From IMG/VR virus record IMGVR_UViG_3300027983_002388: a DNA stretch of 64,000 nucleotides. One strand, given 5' to 3'. Source of the stretch: a virus (taxonomy: Duplodnaviria > Caudoviricetes). The notes under the pieces were generated by a model. It saw only the letters and a program-made list of their open reading frames with translations, was not told the origin of the DNA and did no database searches. Of the stretch, positions 46,999 through 56,266 are shown piece after piece (position 1 is the first letter of the stretch; every line of letters starts with the position of its first letter). Made by a program: the position numbers and the translations under genes.

Positions 46999-48222
46999 AT
47001 GAAAATCTCGATCTTTACACCAACGCATAAGCCGGTCTATCTCGACCGGCTTTTTCGTTCTCTTCAAGAACAGACATATTCAAATTGGGAATGGATAATT
47101 GTTCCCAACAATGGGGCAGAGGTAGAGCCAATTGATGATGAACGTGTCAAAATATTTCCTTGCAATGATTCTGACAATATCGGATTTCTGAAGCGATATG
47201 CCGCTGGTAAAGCCACAGGCGAAGTCGTCGTGGAAGTCGATCACGACGACGAGCTTTTCCCAACTGCTATCGAAGAGTGTGCCAAAGCCTTCGAGGACAC
47301 AACTGTTGATTTTGCTTATTCAAATTGTTGCGACGTTCGAGAGAATTATGTTCCTCGGTGTTTCGGCCCAGATTGGGGTTGGATTAACCGAGTTTGCAAG
47401 TTCAAAGAACACGATTTGATCGAAACAGTATCATTTCCTCCCAATCCGGCTTCGATCAGCAAAATATGGTATTCTCCCAATCATTTTCGAGCATGGCGTA
47501 AAGAATTTTACGACCGCATTGGTGGACATGACGCCTCGCTGGACGTGCTTGACGATCAGGATATTTTATGCCGCACATATATTCAGGGAAACATGAAGCA
47601 CATCGACAAGCCTCTTTATGTTTATCATCTACACCAGGAAAACACTTGTTACGGAGAAAAGAACGCCAAGATTCAAGAAGGCACTTTGATTCTTCACGAC
47701 AAGTACATCTACCAACTCGTTGAGCGATGGAGCGATTTGAATGGTTTGCGCAAAATCGACTTATGTGGTGGTCATAGCAAGCCCGAAGGTTATGAAAGCA
47801 CTGATCTTGAACGTGGCGATATTCTGGCTGACCTGGATGGTCGCTGGCCATTTGAAGATGGTTCTGTTGGCGTGTTTCGTGCGCATGACGCCATTGAGCA
47901 TCTGAAGAACCCCATCAACACAATGAAGGAAGCATATCGCTGTCTGGCACCAGATGGTTGGTTCTTAACTCAAACGCCATCTACCGATGGTCGTGGAGCT
48001 TTTCAAGACCCGACGCATGTTAGTTTCTGGAATAGCAACAGTTTTTGGTATTACACTCGTGCAGAGCAGGCGAAGTACATCAATACGCCGGTTCGTTTTC
48101 AAATGAATCGCATCAAAAACTTTTTTCCAAGTGATTGGCATCAACTTCACAACATCATTTATGTTAAAGCTGATTTGATGAAACTCACCGACACACGGGT
48201 TCCAGGTGCGGTAGAAATCTGA
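46999..48222 (+). CDS. GT2 glycosyltransferase fused to a SAM-methyltransferase-like domain
   Basis: ISIFTPT, WEWII, EVDHDD and DDQD; then IDLCGG, HDAIEHL and AFQDPTH. Confidence 0.8.
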   Translation: MKISIFTPTHKPVYLDRLFRSLQEQTYSNWEWIIVPNNGAEVEPIDDERVKIFPCNDSDNIGFLKRYAAGKATGEVVVEVDHDDELFPTAIEECAKAFEDTTVDFAYSNCCDVRENYVPRCFGPDWGWINRVCKFKEHDLIETVSFPPNPASISKIWYSPNHFRAWRKEFYDRIGGHDASLDVLDDQDILCRTYIQGNMKHIDKPLYVYHLHQENTCYGEKNAKIQEGTLILHDKYIYQLVERWSDLNGLRKIDLCGGHSKPEGYESTDLERGDILADLDGRWPFEDGSVGVFRAHDAIEHLKNPINTMKEAYRCLAPDGWFLTQTPSTDGRGAFQDPTHVSFWNSNSFWYYTRAEQAKYINTPVRFQMNRIKNFFPSDWHQLHNIIYVKADLMKLTDTRVPGAVEI

Positions 48223-48316
48223 TTGTAAAGCAAAACAAATGCTTATTGCACGTCTTGGCCTTTATCTAATCTTTGACTTGGCCTATAATCCTTGAACCTC
48301 AGACAAGGAGTTATGA

Positions 48317-49393
48317 ATGTCACAAACCGACAGCCAAGAGTTGAACGAAATTTTGAAGAATGCTCCCGAACCTACGTCTTACGATTCAGACGACGACGGG
48401 AGCTTTGTCATTTGCGGAGAGTCAGCCACGCCAGCCCCGCCATCATTTGATCGTGGCATGGGTGGATATTGCCAATGGTCCACATCGGACGGCAAGCGAT
48501 ATATCCCTTCCAGCAAGACAGCCAAGAAGCTCACACCGGGCGTTTACGATATTCTCCACAGCAACACAATCGGTCTTTATTTTGAGCAGATTCCTGTGCT
48601 TACGACCGGATTGATTCGGTTTCCAGAAACCAATTCTGACAAGGTTGTATCTGAAATTCAGAAGTTCTGGAAAAAAGAAAATATCTTCCGCAGTTACAAT
48701 CTGACCTATAAGCGTGGAATCATTCTTTGGGGTCCACCAGGATCGGGCAAATCTTGTACGATTCAGTTGATTATGCGTGACGTTGTGGAGCGTGGCGGCG
48801 TCGTCATCAAGTTTACTCATCCAACTTTATTTCTCGAAGGCATTCGCAAGTTTCGAGAAATCCAACCAGACACACCAGTTGTCGTGTTGATGGAGGATAT
48901 TGATAGCATCTTGGAGATGTACTCTGAGAGCGAAGTCCTCAATATTCTTGATGGTGTCAATCAAATCGAGAAGGTTGTCTTTTTGGCGACCACCAACTAT
49001 CCAGAGAAGTTGGGCGCTCGCATTGTCAATCGACCTTCGAGATTCGACAAGCGATTCAAGATCGGCCATCCCAATGCCGAGAGTCGTCGTATTTATTTCG
49101 AGTACATTATTGGTAAAGACAAGGTGAAGTCCCTCAAGATCAACTTGAATAAATGGGTTGAAGATACTGCTGAGTTCAGCATCGCTCACTTGAAGGAATT
49201 GTTTACTGCCGTCGTTATTCTCGGCGATGAATATGATGACGCAATTGAATCTCTATCTTTGATGAAAGAGGGCAAGCCAGATTCATCTAAGGACGAAGCC
49301 CGAAAAGCAATGGGCTTTGGCACCAACAAGAAGTCTCGACGACATCTACCATCAGATTATAAATTCATGAAAGAATTAGAGGAGATGGAATGA
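48317..49393 (+). CDS. AAA+ ATPase
   Basis: GPPGSGKS, VLMEDID, ATTNYPE and RPSRFD. Confidence 0.88.
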   Translation: MSQTDSQELNEILKNAPEPTSYDSDDDGSFVICGESATPAPPSFDRGMGGYCQWSTSDGKRYIPSSKTAKKLTPGVYDILHSNTIGLYFEQIPVLTTGLIRFPETNSDKVVSEIQKFWKKENIFRSYNLTYKRGIILWGPPGSGKSCTIQLIMRDVVERGGVVIKFTHPTLFLEGIRKFREIQPDTPVVVLMEDIDSILEMYSESEVLNILDGVNQIEKVVFLATTNYPEKLGARIVNRPSRFDKRFKIGHPNAESRRIYFEYIIGKDKVKSLKINLNKWVEDTAEFSIAHLKELFTAVVILGDEYDDAIESLSLMKEGKPDSSKDEARKAMGFGTNKKSRRHLPSDYKFMKELEEME

Positions 49394-49932
49394 GTGAGCC
49401 AATTCTGATCTCGACTGAATATATTCTGGTCATTGATACAGATGGATTCTCCGATGCCTTTGCCAAGAAGCTCTGTGCGTATTGCACGGGTTTTGTGGAC
49501 GAAACCGAGAGCGACTTGGAATTCTCTGATCTATATTTTCTGGAAGAAGGCATTGAAGACGACGAGTCCCCAAGAGGGAAGGTTGCTGATGAAAAGAATC
49601 CATTTTATGGCTTTGTTGGTCAGCGGCTTGATGAAGATCAAATTTATTCGCCATGTTGCGTATGGTTGAATAAAGCGTATGGCTATAACGCCAATGGCGA
49701 ATACGCTCTCCTGACAGAAAAGAACTTCGATGAGTACAATTTTCCTGCTCCTTTGAGTGTTGGTATTTTTTTTGATGCCGCTCCTGAATCGGAACATATA
49801 TTGAAGATCAAGGAACGGTCTGTGAAATTCTTCGAGACTGTCTGGCCAAAGATCAAAGACGGCATTAAGGTCGGTGTCAAAGATTTCCGTTTGGTGATTC
49901 ACACCAAATATGGAGAAGAAAAGGAAATTTAG
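49390..49932 (+). CDS. hypothetical acidic protein
   Basis: 180 aa with an ATGA overlap. Confidence 0.6.
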   Translation: MSEPILISTEYILVIDTDGFSDAFAKKLCAYCTGFVDETESDLEFSDLYFLEEGIEDDESPRGKVADEKNPFYGFVGQRLDEDQIYSPCCVWLNKAYGYNANGEYALLTEKNFDEYNFPAPLSVGIFFDAAPESEHILKIKERSVKFFETVWPKIKDGIKVGVKDFRLVIHTKYGEEKEI

Positions 49933-49948
49933 CTTCCACTAATACGGT

Positions 49949-49973
49949 TAAGAAATGTGCCTTCCATTGGCAC
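49949..49973. promoter_or_regulatory. conserved dyad motif, copy 2 (upstream of dnaE-C)
   Basis: TAAGAAATGTGCCTTCCATTGGCAC; 22 of 25 identical to 3843-3867. Confidence 0.6.
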
Positions 49974-50004
49974 GCACATACCTCACAGCGGGTAGGAAGT
50001 TGTT

Positions 50005-53000
50005 ATGTCACAAGAATTATTGTTCGATGCTTGTCAGAAAAGTCTTCAATTGCGGGGACTAGATTCTGATCCAAAATACAAGAAGCGGTTGAAGTGGGAA
50101 ATAGAAGAAATTGCTGCTCGTAGCAAATCCAGTTATTTCTGGAGCCTATACAACAACCGAACTCGTTATCCTCAAAATCAAAATAACCTGTTGATCTGTT
50201 GGCTTTTGGGGATCGCTCCCGATCACAACATTGACCAAGAGCCAAAATGCGAATACGGTGAATATCCCGACATTGACGTGGATTATTTGCCTATTGTGCG
50301 TGACTATCTGAAAACAGTGTGGGCCAAAGATACTTTTGGTTCTGAGTATGTCTGCAATATCGGCAATTACACTACGTTCGGCATCAAGTCCGCTTTGATT
50401 GACATGGCTCGTGTCCACGGGGAAAGCCGAGAAGAGGTTCAGGCTCTTACCAAGAATCTCGACGCCAAGGACGATGAAGGCAAAGTTATGACATGGGACG
50501 CAGCGATGAAGCTGTATCCTGAGTTAAAGAAGTATTGTGAATTGGACGACAATCACAAGCGTATTGCCGACGCAGCCAAACGATTGCTTCACCGCAATAG
50601 AGGCATGGGCGTTCACGCTGGCGGTTTGATTATTGCCAATGCTCCTTTGTCCGATCTGGTGCCTTTGGTCAAGAGAAAAGACAGTCCTCAAGCGTCTGCT
50701 TGGGTAGAAGGTCTTCACGGTCAGGACTTAGGCCCTATGGGTCTGGTCAAGTTTGACTTGTTGGTTATTGCTAATCTGCTTCAGATTGCTCGTTGTTGCG
50801 AGATGGTCAAGAAGCGTCATGGTCTGAATGGCATTTGCAATAAGCCGGGCGAACCAGACTGGACTGATGTTGCTGCTTGGCGTGACGACCCTACGTCGTT
50901 GGCTATGGCGAATATCGGTGACTTGAAGTGTATTTTCCAGTTCGATTCAGAAGGTATGCGTGGACTCGTTCGTGCGGGTGGCGTGGATCGCTTTGAAGAC
51001 TTGGTGGCATATACGGCATTGTTCCGTCCAGGTCCGCTCGGCATGAAGATGCAGGAGCGATACGTTGAGCGTAAGCGTGGTCGTGAAAAATACACGTTAC
51101 ATCCGTTGGTACATCCTATTCTTGATAAGACTTATGGAGTTTTGACTTATCAAGAACAAATCATGCGTATTCTCAACGTGGTTGGCGAGATTCCGTTAAA
51201 GGATTGCGAGTTGGTTCGCAAGGCTATCAGCAAGAAAAAGGTTGAAGGCTTCATCAAATACAAAGAGATGTTCGTTCTCAACGGTCAGAAGAACCTGGGC
51301 TGTAATGAGACGGAAATCAATCACTTGTGGAATCAGATTGAAGCGTTTGCCGAATATGGTTTCAATCTAAGTATGACCATTGGAACATTAGTACCTGTAA
51401 GGGTTTGCGGCGAAACTAAGACCAAGCGGATCGAGGAATTCGTTCCTGGCGACGTAGTATTGTGCGTCAATCAGGCTGGCGACACGGTGGAGACGCAAGT
51501 GGTTGCCTTGCACGATCATGGCGTGTTGCCCGGATACGAGGTCGCATTCGACGACGGATACAAAGTGACGTGTACTCTCGACCATAAATTTTTGACTCAA
51601 AAAGGTCAGAAATCTCTTCGGGAAATTATCAGAACTAACTCTTCTATTTTGTGTGACCCAAAACACAAAATGGAGAGTGAAAATGCCGAAGAAAAATACG
51701 GATGGTTGGAAGGCTCGATGCGGGATGAGCTTGCCGTCACGGGCTGCGATGTGGACACACACGAAGGAGTGTGCGACTTGTCAAGAGAAGTCGTTTACGA
51801 CGGGGGAATGGGAGGAATGGCTGCTGGACACGCTGAAATCCGTGACACCGGGCGTCTGGTGTGTCGGCGGATTGTACGGGTCATGCCCGTGGGTGAGCGA
51901 CAGATGTACGATCTTGAAGTCGCCAATTCCACTCACAACTTCCTCTTGCCCAATGGCGTTGTGACGAGTAACAGCCACGCTGTTGCTTACACCTATATTT
52001 CGGCGTGGCTGTTGTATCTGAAGGCTCATTTTCCACATGAGTTTTATGTTTCGATGCTGAGTTGCGAAACTCTCAGTGAGAAGATCAAAGAATACAAGAT
52101 GGAAGCCAAGATTCACGGTGTCGATATGAACCGCCTGGACATCAACAAGTCGGATGTAAACTTTGACCTTCAAGGCGATATTGTTTATTTCGGACTCAGC
52201 AACATCAAAGGTTTAGGTGAGGCTCCAGCCAAGCGGATTGTTGCTTCTCAACCATACAAGTCTTTTGAGGATTTTGTGACTCGGTTCGGCACAGACGCCA
52301 GTGTGTTGAAGCCCATCTTGGGGCTGAGATGTTTCCGTGATCGTGACCCTGTGTCTTTGTGGAAGTTCGCTGAACATTTCAAGGACTGCGCCAGTAAGAT
52401 CGAAGAGAAGAAGAAACGTTATCATGTGGCAATGATTAAGTACGATGCAGAGTTCAAGAAACTCTTGCCGTTGGAGATTCGCACGCTGTCTCAATTGGAA
52501 AATGGATTGGAAAATGGATTGGAAAACGTATTCGACAGTGAAGGATGGAAACTTCAGTGCTACAAGGACGAACAGATTGAAGTCGATAAGGAAATTCAAT
52601 GCAAAAAGGACTCTCCAGGTGCTACTGAGCGAATAGTGGTCGAGGATATTGAGGTCGAAGGAACCGGATTGTATCTCCAACGTGAAATCATTCAGTATTA
52701 TCATATCGGCAAAGTCAAAAAGACGTGGAATTTATGGAAAGAATTGAGGAAGTTGTGGCAGCGTAGAAAAAAGAGCATCGAGCGATATAAGAATATCGAG
52801 CGAAGTAGTTTGCCTACGTTGCTCGATTTTGACGCCAATGCTTGGGATATTAACGAAGAATTGATGAAAGAATTCCGTGATTCTGTTGCTTGTGAAGAAA
52901 AGTATTACGGATTTGCTTGGATTCACGATCTGGAACGTAGCCCGGATTACAAGGGAAATCTTACTTTTACTGATCTAAAGAACAGCATGGACGCAGTTTG

Positions 53001-53421
53001 TGGGCCGGTGGAGCTTCGTGTCAAGAAGGTGATTAAAACAGCAAGTAAAAAACGGAAAGAATTCATTTACTACCAAGTTTTAGCAGAAGATGTGACTGGA
53101 CAGGAAAACAGGATCAACGTCTGGCCCGATGATTGGGAGTGGTGGCACAGGGAGTTCGGCTGGGAAGAAGTCGGTGAGAAATCGAAATTCACTGCCGGTA
53201 ACTTACTTAGAGTACGGCTCCAGCCTCCAACTGGCGGCTTCAATACTTTTACTCTGGAAAGCAATCAGGTTGGAAAGTGGCGAAGTCAAAAGCGTTATCA
53301 CGATAAAGCTGACGATCCACGAGTGATGGTTATGCAGAAGGGTCAGAAAGAAGAGGAAAAATTTCTGAGTGATGACGAGGCGATGGAGCAGTTCACCAAC
53401 TGCATTATGGGACAACAATGA
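50005..53421 (+). CDS. dnaE: DNA polymerase III alpha, C-terminal part (catalytic palm, fingers, HhH/OB) with intein
   Basis: YPDIDVD, GVHAGG, LVKFDLL, IFQFDS, ALFRPGP, LTYQEQ, RKAISKK, YGFNL/SHAVAY and GLSNIKGLG. Confidence 0.92.
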   Translation: MSQELLFDACQKSLQLRGLDSDPKYKKRLKWEIEEIAARSKSSYFWSLYNNRTRYPQNQNNLLICWLLGIAPDHNIDQEPKCEYGEYPDIDVDYLPIVRDYLKTVWAKDTFGSEYVCNIGNYTTFGIKSALIDMARVHGESREEVQALTKNLDAKDDEGKVMTWDAAMKLYPELKKYCELDDNHKRIADAAKRLLHRNRGMGVHAGGLIIANAPLSDLVPLVKRKDSPQASAWVEGLHGQDLGPMGLVKFDLLVIANLLQIARCCEMVKKRHGLNGICNKPGEPDWTDVAAWRDDPTSLAMANIGDLKCIFQFDSEGMRGLVRAGGVDRFEDLVAYTALFRPGPLGMKMQERYVERKRGREKYTLHPLVHPILDKTYGVLTYQEQIMRILNVVGEIPLKDCELVRKAISKKKVEGFIKYKEMFVLNGQKNLGCNETEINHLWNQIEAFAEYGFNLSMTIGTLVPVRVCGETKTKRIEEFVPGDVVLCVNQAGDTVETQVVALHDHGVLPGYEVAFDDGYKVTCTLDHKFLTQKGQKSLREIIRTNSSILCDPKHKMESENAEEKYGWLEGSMRDELAVTGCDVDTHEGVCDLSREVVYDGGMGGMAAGHAEIRDTGRLVCRRIVRVMPVGERQMYDLEVANSTHNFLLPNGVVTSNSHAVAYTYISAWLLYLKAHFPHEFYVSMLSCETLSEKIKEYKMEAKIHGVDMNRLDINKSDVNFDLQGDIVYFGLSNIKGLGEAPAKRIVASQPYKSFEDFVTRFGTDASVLKPILGLRCFRDRDPVSLWKFAEHFKDCASKIEEKKKRYHVAMIKYDAEFKKLLPLEIRTLSQLENGLENGLENVFDSEGWKLQCYKDEQIEVDKEIQCKKDSPGATERIVVEDIEVEGTGLYLQREIIQYYHIGKVKKTWNLWKELRKLWQRRKKSIERYKNIERSSLPTLLDFDANAWDINEELMKEFRDSVACEEKYYGFAWIHDLERSPDYKGNLTFTDLKNSMDAVCGPVELRVKKVIKTASKKRKEFIYYQVLAEDVTGQENRINVWPDDWEWWHREFGWEEVGEKSKFTAGNLLRVRLQPPTGGFNTFTLESNQVGKWRSQKRYHDKADDPRVMVMQKGQKEEEKFLSDDEAMEQFTNCIMGQQ
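51370..51972 (+). mobile_element. intein without in-frame endonuclease (201 aa, Ser1)
   Basis: SMTIGTLV after YGFNL; TCTLDHKF block B; MYDLEV...HNFLLPNGVVTSN before Ser; splicing restores YGFNLSHAVAY. Confidence 0.88.
51683..51964 (+). CDS. +1-frame ORF nested in the dnaE-C intein (possible remnant of a nested gene)
   Basis: GGAG at 51672-51675, 7 nt before ATG; 93 aa with C..S...R...W.H.K.C..C pattern. Confidence 0.4.
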   Translation: MPKKNTDGWKARCGMSLPSRAAMWTHTKECATCQEKSFTTGEWEEWLLDTLKSVTPGVWCVGGLYGSCPWVSDRCTILKSPIPLTTSSCPMAL

Positions 53422-53927
53422 ACGATACAAACGCAGAGTTAATTATTGATGAGTCTAATTTCTCGCAATACTTTAGGGATTGTCGAATCTCCAAGCCTGA
53501 GCGTGGAGATATTATGGCTCGGTATTCTGCACGAGCGGAATTCCTTGATGGCCAAATGAAGCGAGATATTATTGACTTGGTACATAACCGGGACAAGGCT
53601 TTTGCTGCGACCCAGGTTATGAAGAAATTGGGTTGCGCCACCCAATTAGATTCAGTCAGAATTTGCAAAGAGATTTGCAGAGACTTGGCTGCTGGAATGA
53701 CCCTGAAAGAAGTGGAACAGAAAGTCTATACATATGACATTGAACTGTTCTACTATACCAAGAAAGAATACATCCCTATTGACGATCCGCATTGGATGCC
53801 TATCGGCATAGCTAATCTGGATCAATTCTTGGATAAATCAGGCGCTCGGCTTACTATCAAATCGAAAATCATCGATAAAGAAAAGGAGCCGGAAACAGAG
53901 GAAATTGATGACGAGCAAATTCGGTGA
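53418..53927 (+). CDS. hypothetical protein
   Basis: 169 aa with an ATGA overlap. Confidence 0.6.
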   Translation: MNDTNAELIIDESNFSQYFRDCRISKPERGDIMARYSARAEFLDGQMKRDIIDLVHNRDKAFAATQVMKKLGCATQLDSVRICKEICRDLAAGMTLKEVEQKVYTYDIELFYYTKKEYIPIDDPHWMPIGIANLDQFLDKSGARLTIKSKIIDKEKEPETEEIDDEQIR

Positions 53928-54468
53928 TGTTGTATATATCGACACGCCATATAGACCCGAAGCTGGCAGCTTTTGCAAGCCCAAGGATATTGTTGGTGAT
54001 AGATATAAAGTTGGACAGTGGTATTATTGTCGAGACTTATTTCACCGCCAACTATACAATCTGAGTTTGTTTTTCTTTTCTCATGATTCAGCCAAGGGGC
54101 ATTGCGTTGCCGACTTTATGCGTAAAGTCGAAGAGAAGTTGAATGTCGAGCCACGTTCGACATTTGGACCAACTCAGAGAAAGACAATTATGTGGATAGA
54201 ACCGTCTCGATGGTGGACGGTTCGAGCAATGAGGCGATCATTGTTCACTATATTGTTGCGGGCTGGATGTCAATATTCACCCAATAAGGACAATTTTGAA
54301 GAGGCACTTTTCAGTGATCCTTATACTATGAGTACCAAATATGCTGTGAAAAGATTTTTTGCAGGCAATACAGCATACACTGGAAGAAAGCGTGGTTGGC
54401 ACAAGCAATTTTGTGAAGGCAAGCCTACCGATCAAGAAGTGGACTCTTTGTTAGTTGCACCTTATTGA
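53905..54468 (+). CDS. hypothetical protein
   Basis: 187 aa; GAGG SD. Confidence 0.6.
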   Translation: MMTSKFGDVVYIDTPYRPEAGSFCKPKDIVGDRYKVGQWYYCRDLFHRQLYNLSLFFFSHDSAKGHCVADFMRKVEEKLNVEPRSTFGPTQRKTIMWIEPSRWWTVRAMRRSLFTILLRAGCQYSPNKDNFEEALFSDPYTMSTKYAVKRFFAGNTAYTGRKRGWHKQFCEGKPTDQEVDSLLVAPY

Positions 54469-54972
54469 TGGCTTGCGTGCGAACCATACGCCATTTTGAT
54501 CTTCTTTGAATTCTTTTGCGCCTAATTTTTCGATGATTGTTCTTGTTGCTTGTGTGGCCGGGCTATATCCAGCAATGATTCCTCCTGGTTTGATTTTTGG
54601 ATACCAATTATTTATGTCTTTGATTTCTCCGTTGTCTATGAACACAGCAAAAAATGCTTGATTTCCTACGTTGTAGGAAGCGATTTCTGATGTCATGGTC
54701 ATTATGCTGATATATTCGACGACCCCAGCCCTGGTCGCATTCTCGATGAACTGCTGGATTCCCTTACTAAAAGTATCCACGCAAATGATTTTAACGCATT
54801 TGCCGGACATTTTTGCTCTGGACGCCAAATAACATGACGATTTTCCCAGCCAAGTTCCGATCTCGATAATCGTATCGTTTTTGCTGGCTTCTCTTATTAT
54901 TTGGTCGTAGATGCGGGAATGACCAAACCATCCCTCGATGTCCTGCCAGCCGAATTTGTTGTTTAAGTCCAT
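54451..54972 (-). CDS. class I SAM-dependent methyltransferase (Methyltransf_24-like)
   Basis: IIEIGTWLGKS, CVDTF, VFID and PGGII. Confidence 0.7.
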   Translation of the reverse strand: MDLNNKFGWQDIEGWFGHSRIYDQIIREASKNDTIIEIGTWLGKSSCYLASRAKMSGKCVKIICVDTFSKGIQQFIENATRAGVVEYISIMTMTSEIASYNVGNQAFFAVFIDNGEIKDINNWYPKIKPGGIIAGYSPATQATRTIIEKLGAKEFKEDQNGVWFARKPSIRCN

Positions 54973-55048
54973 GTGTTTCTTTCATATTTTGTTGAGTAGC
55001 TCTATATAAGAGAGGGGAGATTGCCCTAAATTGGAGAGGAAACAAAAT

Positions 55049-55630
55049 ATGAGCGACATGATGGACGACATCAACAAATACGCTGCGATATGGGATGCTG
55101 CCCAAGAAAAGGGAATTTTCAAGGATGCCCCCAAGCCACCGCAGCCTCGTAGCCAGGACGAAGAAGATTCGTTCTTTGGTGCGGATTTCTTTGGACAGAA
55201 CCGATCTGCCGAATACGATATTGACGAGCCAATCAACGAAGTAGATTCAAAGTATTGGGCCAAAGTATCTCGCATGGCTGATCCTATTGGTAAATACGTT
55301 GATCCTTTGAATGAGGAATCTGTTCCTTCCAAAGAAAACACAAAGAAAGCTGCCGAGAAAATGGCGGGTTCGCACAATCCTCTATATCCAACCAGTGTTG
55401 GAAAAGACCAGGATATGAATGTGACCCAAAATTGGGGAACGGGCGGCAAAGAACATTTTCAGCTTGAAGATTTGAAGGTTCGTCTGGAAAAATTGGAAAG
55501 CAAGCTGAATGGCTTTGAAGCCAAAGGCGAATCTGGAAAAGGCACACAGGACAAAATCGACAGCCTCAAGAAGCAAATTGATGAATTAAGCGATTCTCTC
55601 AATGGCGACCGATTTAGTTCAGATGGCTAA
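55049..55630 (+). CDS. hypothetical protein
   Basis: GAGGA SD; coiled-coil C-terminus. Confidence 0.6.
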   Translation: MSDMMDDINKYAAIWDAAQEKGIFKDAPKPPQPRSQDEEDSFFGADFFGQNRSAEYDIDEPINEVDSKYWAKVSRMADPIGKYVDPLNEESVPSKENTKKAAEKMAGSHNPLYPTSVGKDQDMNVTQNWGTGGKEHFQLEDLKVRLEKLESKLNGFEAKGESGKGTQDKIDSLKKQIDELSDSLNGDRFSSDG

Positions 55631-56186
55631 TTTGATGATCGCATATCAATTTACACCATTTGATGAATTGGTCTTCTTTAAGACAATTCTTCATCATATT
55701 TACATCTTTATGAACCCATTGGATATTTCCTGTTTTGTAAGGTATGTTCGAGTCAATTCTGTCTAATGATGCGGTGTTTTTTTCACTTGCTTTATTTTGG
55801 ATGGCTTTTGGAGCAAATGTAATTTCAACGCCACTGATTGCACACTTGCCTTTTTGCTTTTGGAATAAACGCCATGCTTCTTCTATGGTGATTTCAAAAG
55901 CAATTTTTCTTTTGCTTGCTGATCTTTTGGCCGTTGACCAAAATTGACCTGATATGCAACCATGTCCAGTCCACAATGGATGGCTTTTGTTTGTCATTTT
56001 ATTTTTTAGACAACCACATGATTTTTTGTGACCATTTTTAAGATACATCGCCAATGTGACAATTTCTTCCCCGCAATCACATGCACATTTACACACCGTT
56101 TCTTTGGATTTTCTGTTTATTTTTTCTGTCCAAGTTTGTGTTACGGTCAAAAGCCCGAACTTATCCCCAGCTTTGCATTTTTCCAT
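55614..56186 (-). CDS. free-standing HNH-type homing endonuclease
   Basis: CKCACDCG...SCGC N-domain; CAISG...SLDRIDS..Y..GNIQWV...VNMMK. Confidence 0.8.
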   Translation of the reverse strand: MEKCKAGDKFGLLTVTQTWTEKINRKSKETVCKCACDCGEEIVTLAMYLKNGHKKSCGCLKNKMTNKSHPLWTGHGCISGQFWSTAKRSASKRKIAFEITIEEAWRLFQKQKGKCAISGVEITFAPKAIQNKASEKNTASLDRIDSNIPYKTGNIQWVHKDVNMMKNCLKEDQFIKWCKLICDHQISHLN

Positions 56187-56266
56187 TTTATTGCCCTTGT
56201 CTATAAAAGCGATTCGTGATACATATCTTGTATCATTTAATGAATCATTTTATTTAGGAGAATGCG

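Noticed and set aside
48273-48289. TTGACT...TATAAT as a sigma70 promoter
   Set aside because: The spacer is only 5 nt; the -10 may be real, but this pairing is not.
36300-50300. Protein trans-splicing joining dnaE-N and dnaE-C
   Set aside because: No intein N-fragment ends dnaE-N and no C-fragment starts dnaE-C; both inteins are complete and internal.
52494-52527. LENG-LENG-LEN micro-duplication in dnaE-C
   Set aside because: A 12-nt in-frame slippage duplication in a variable insertion, with no evidence of function.
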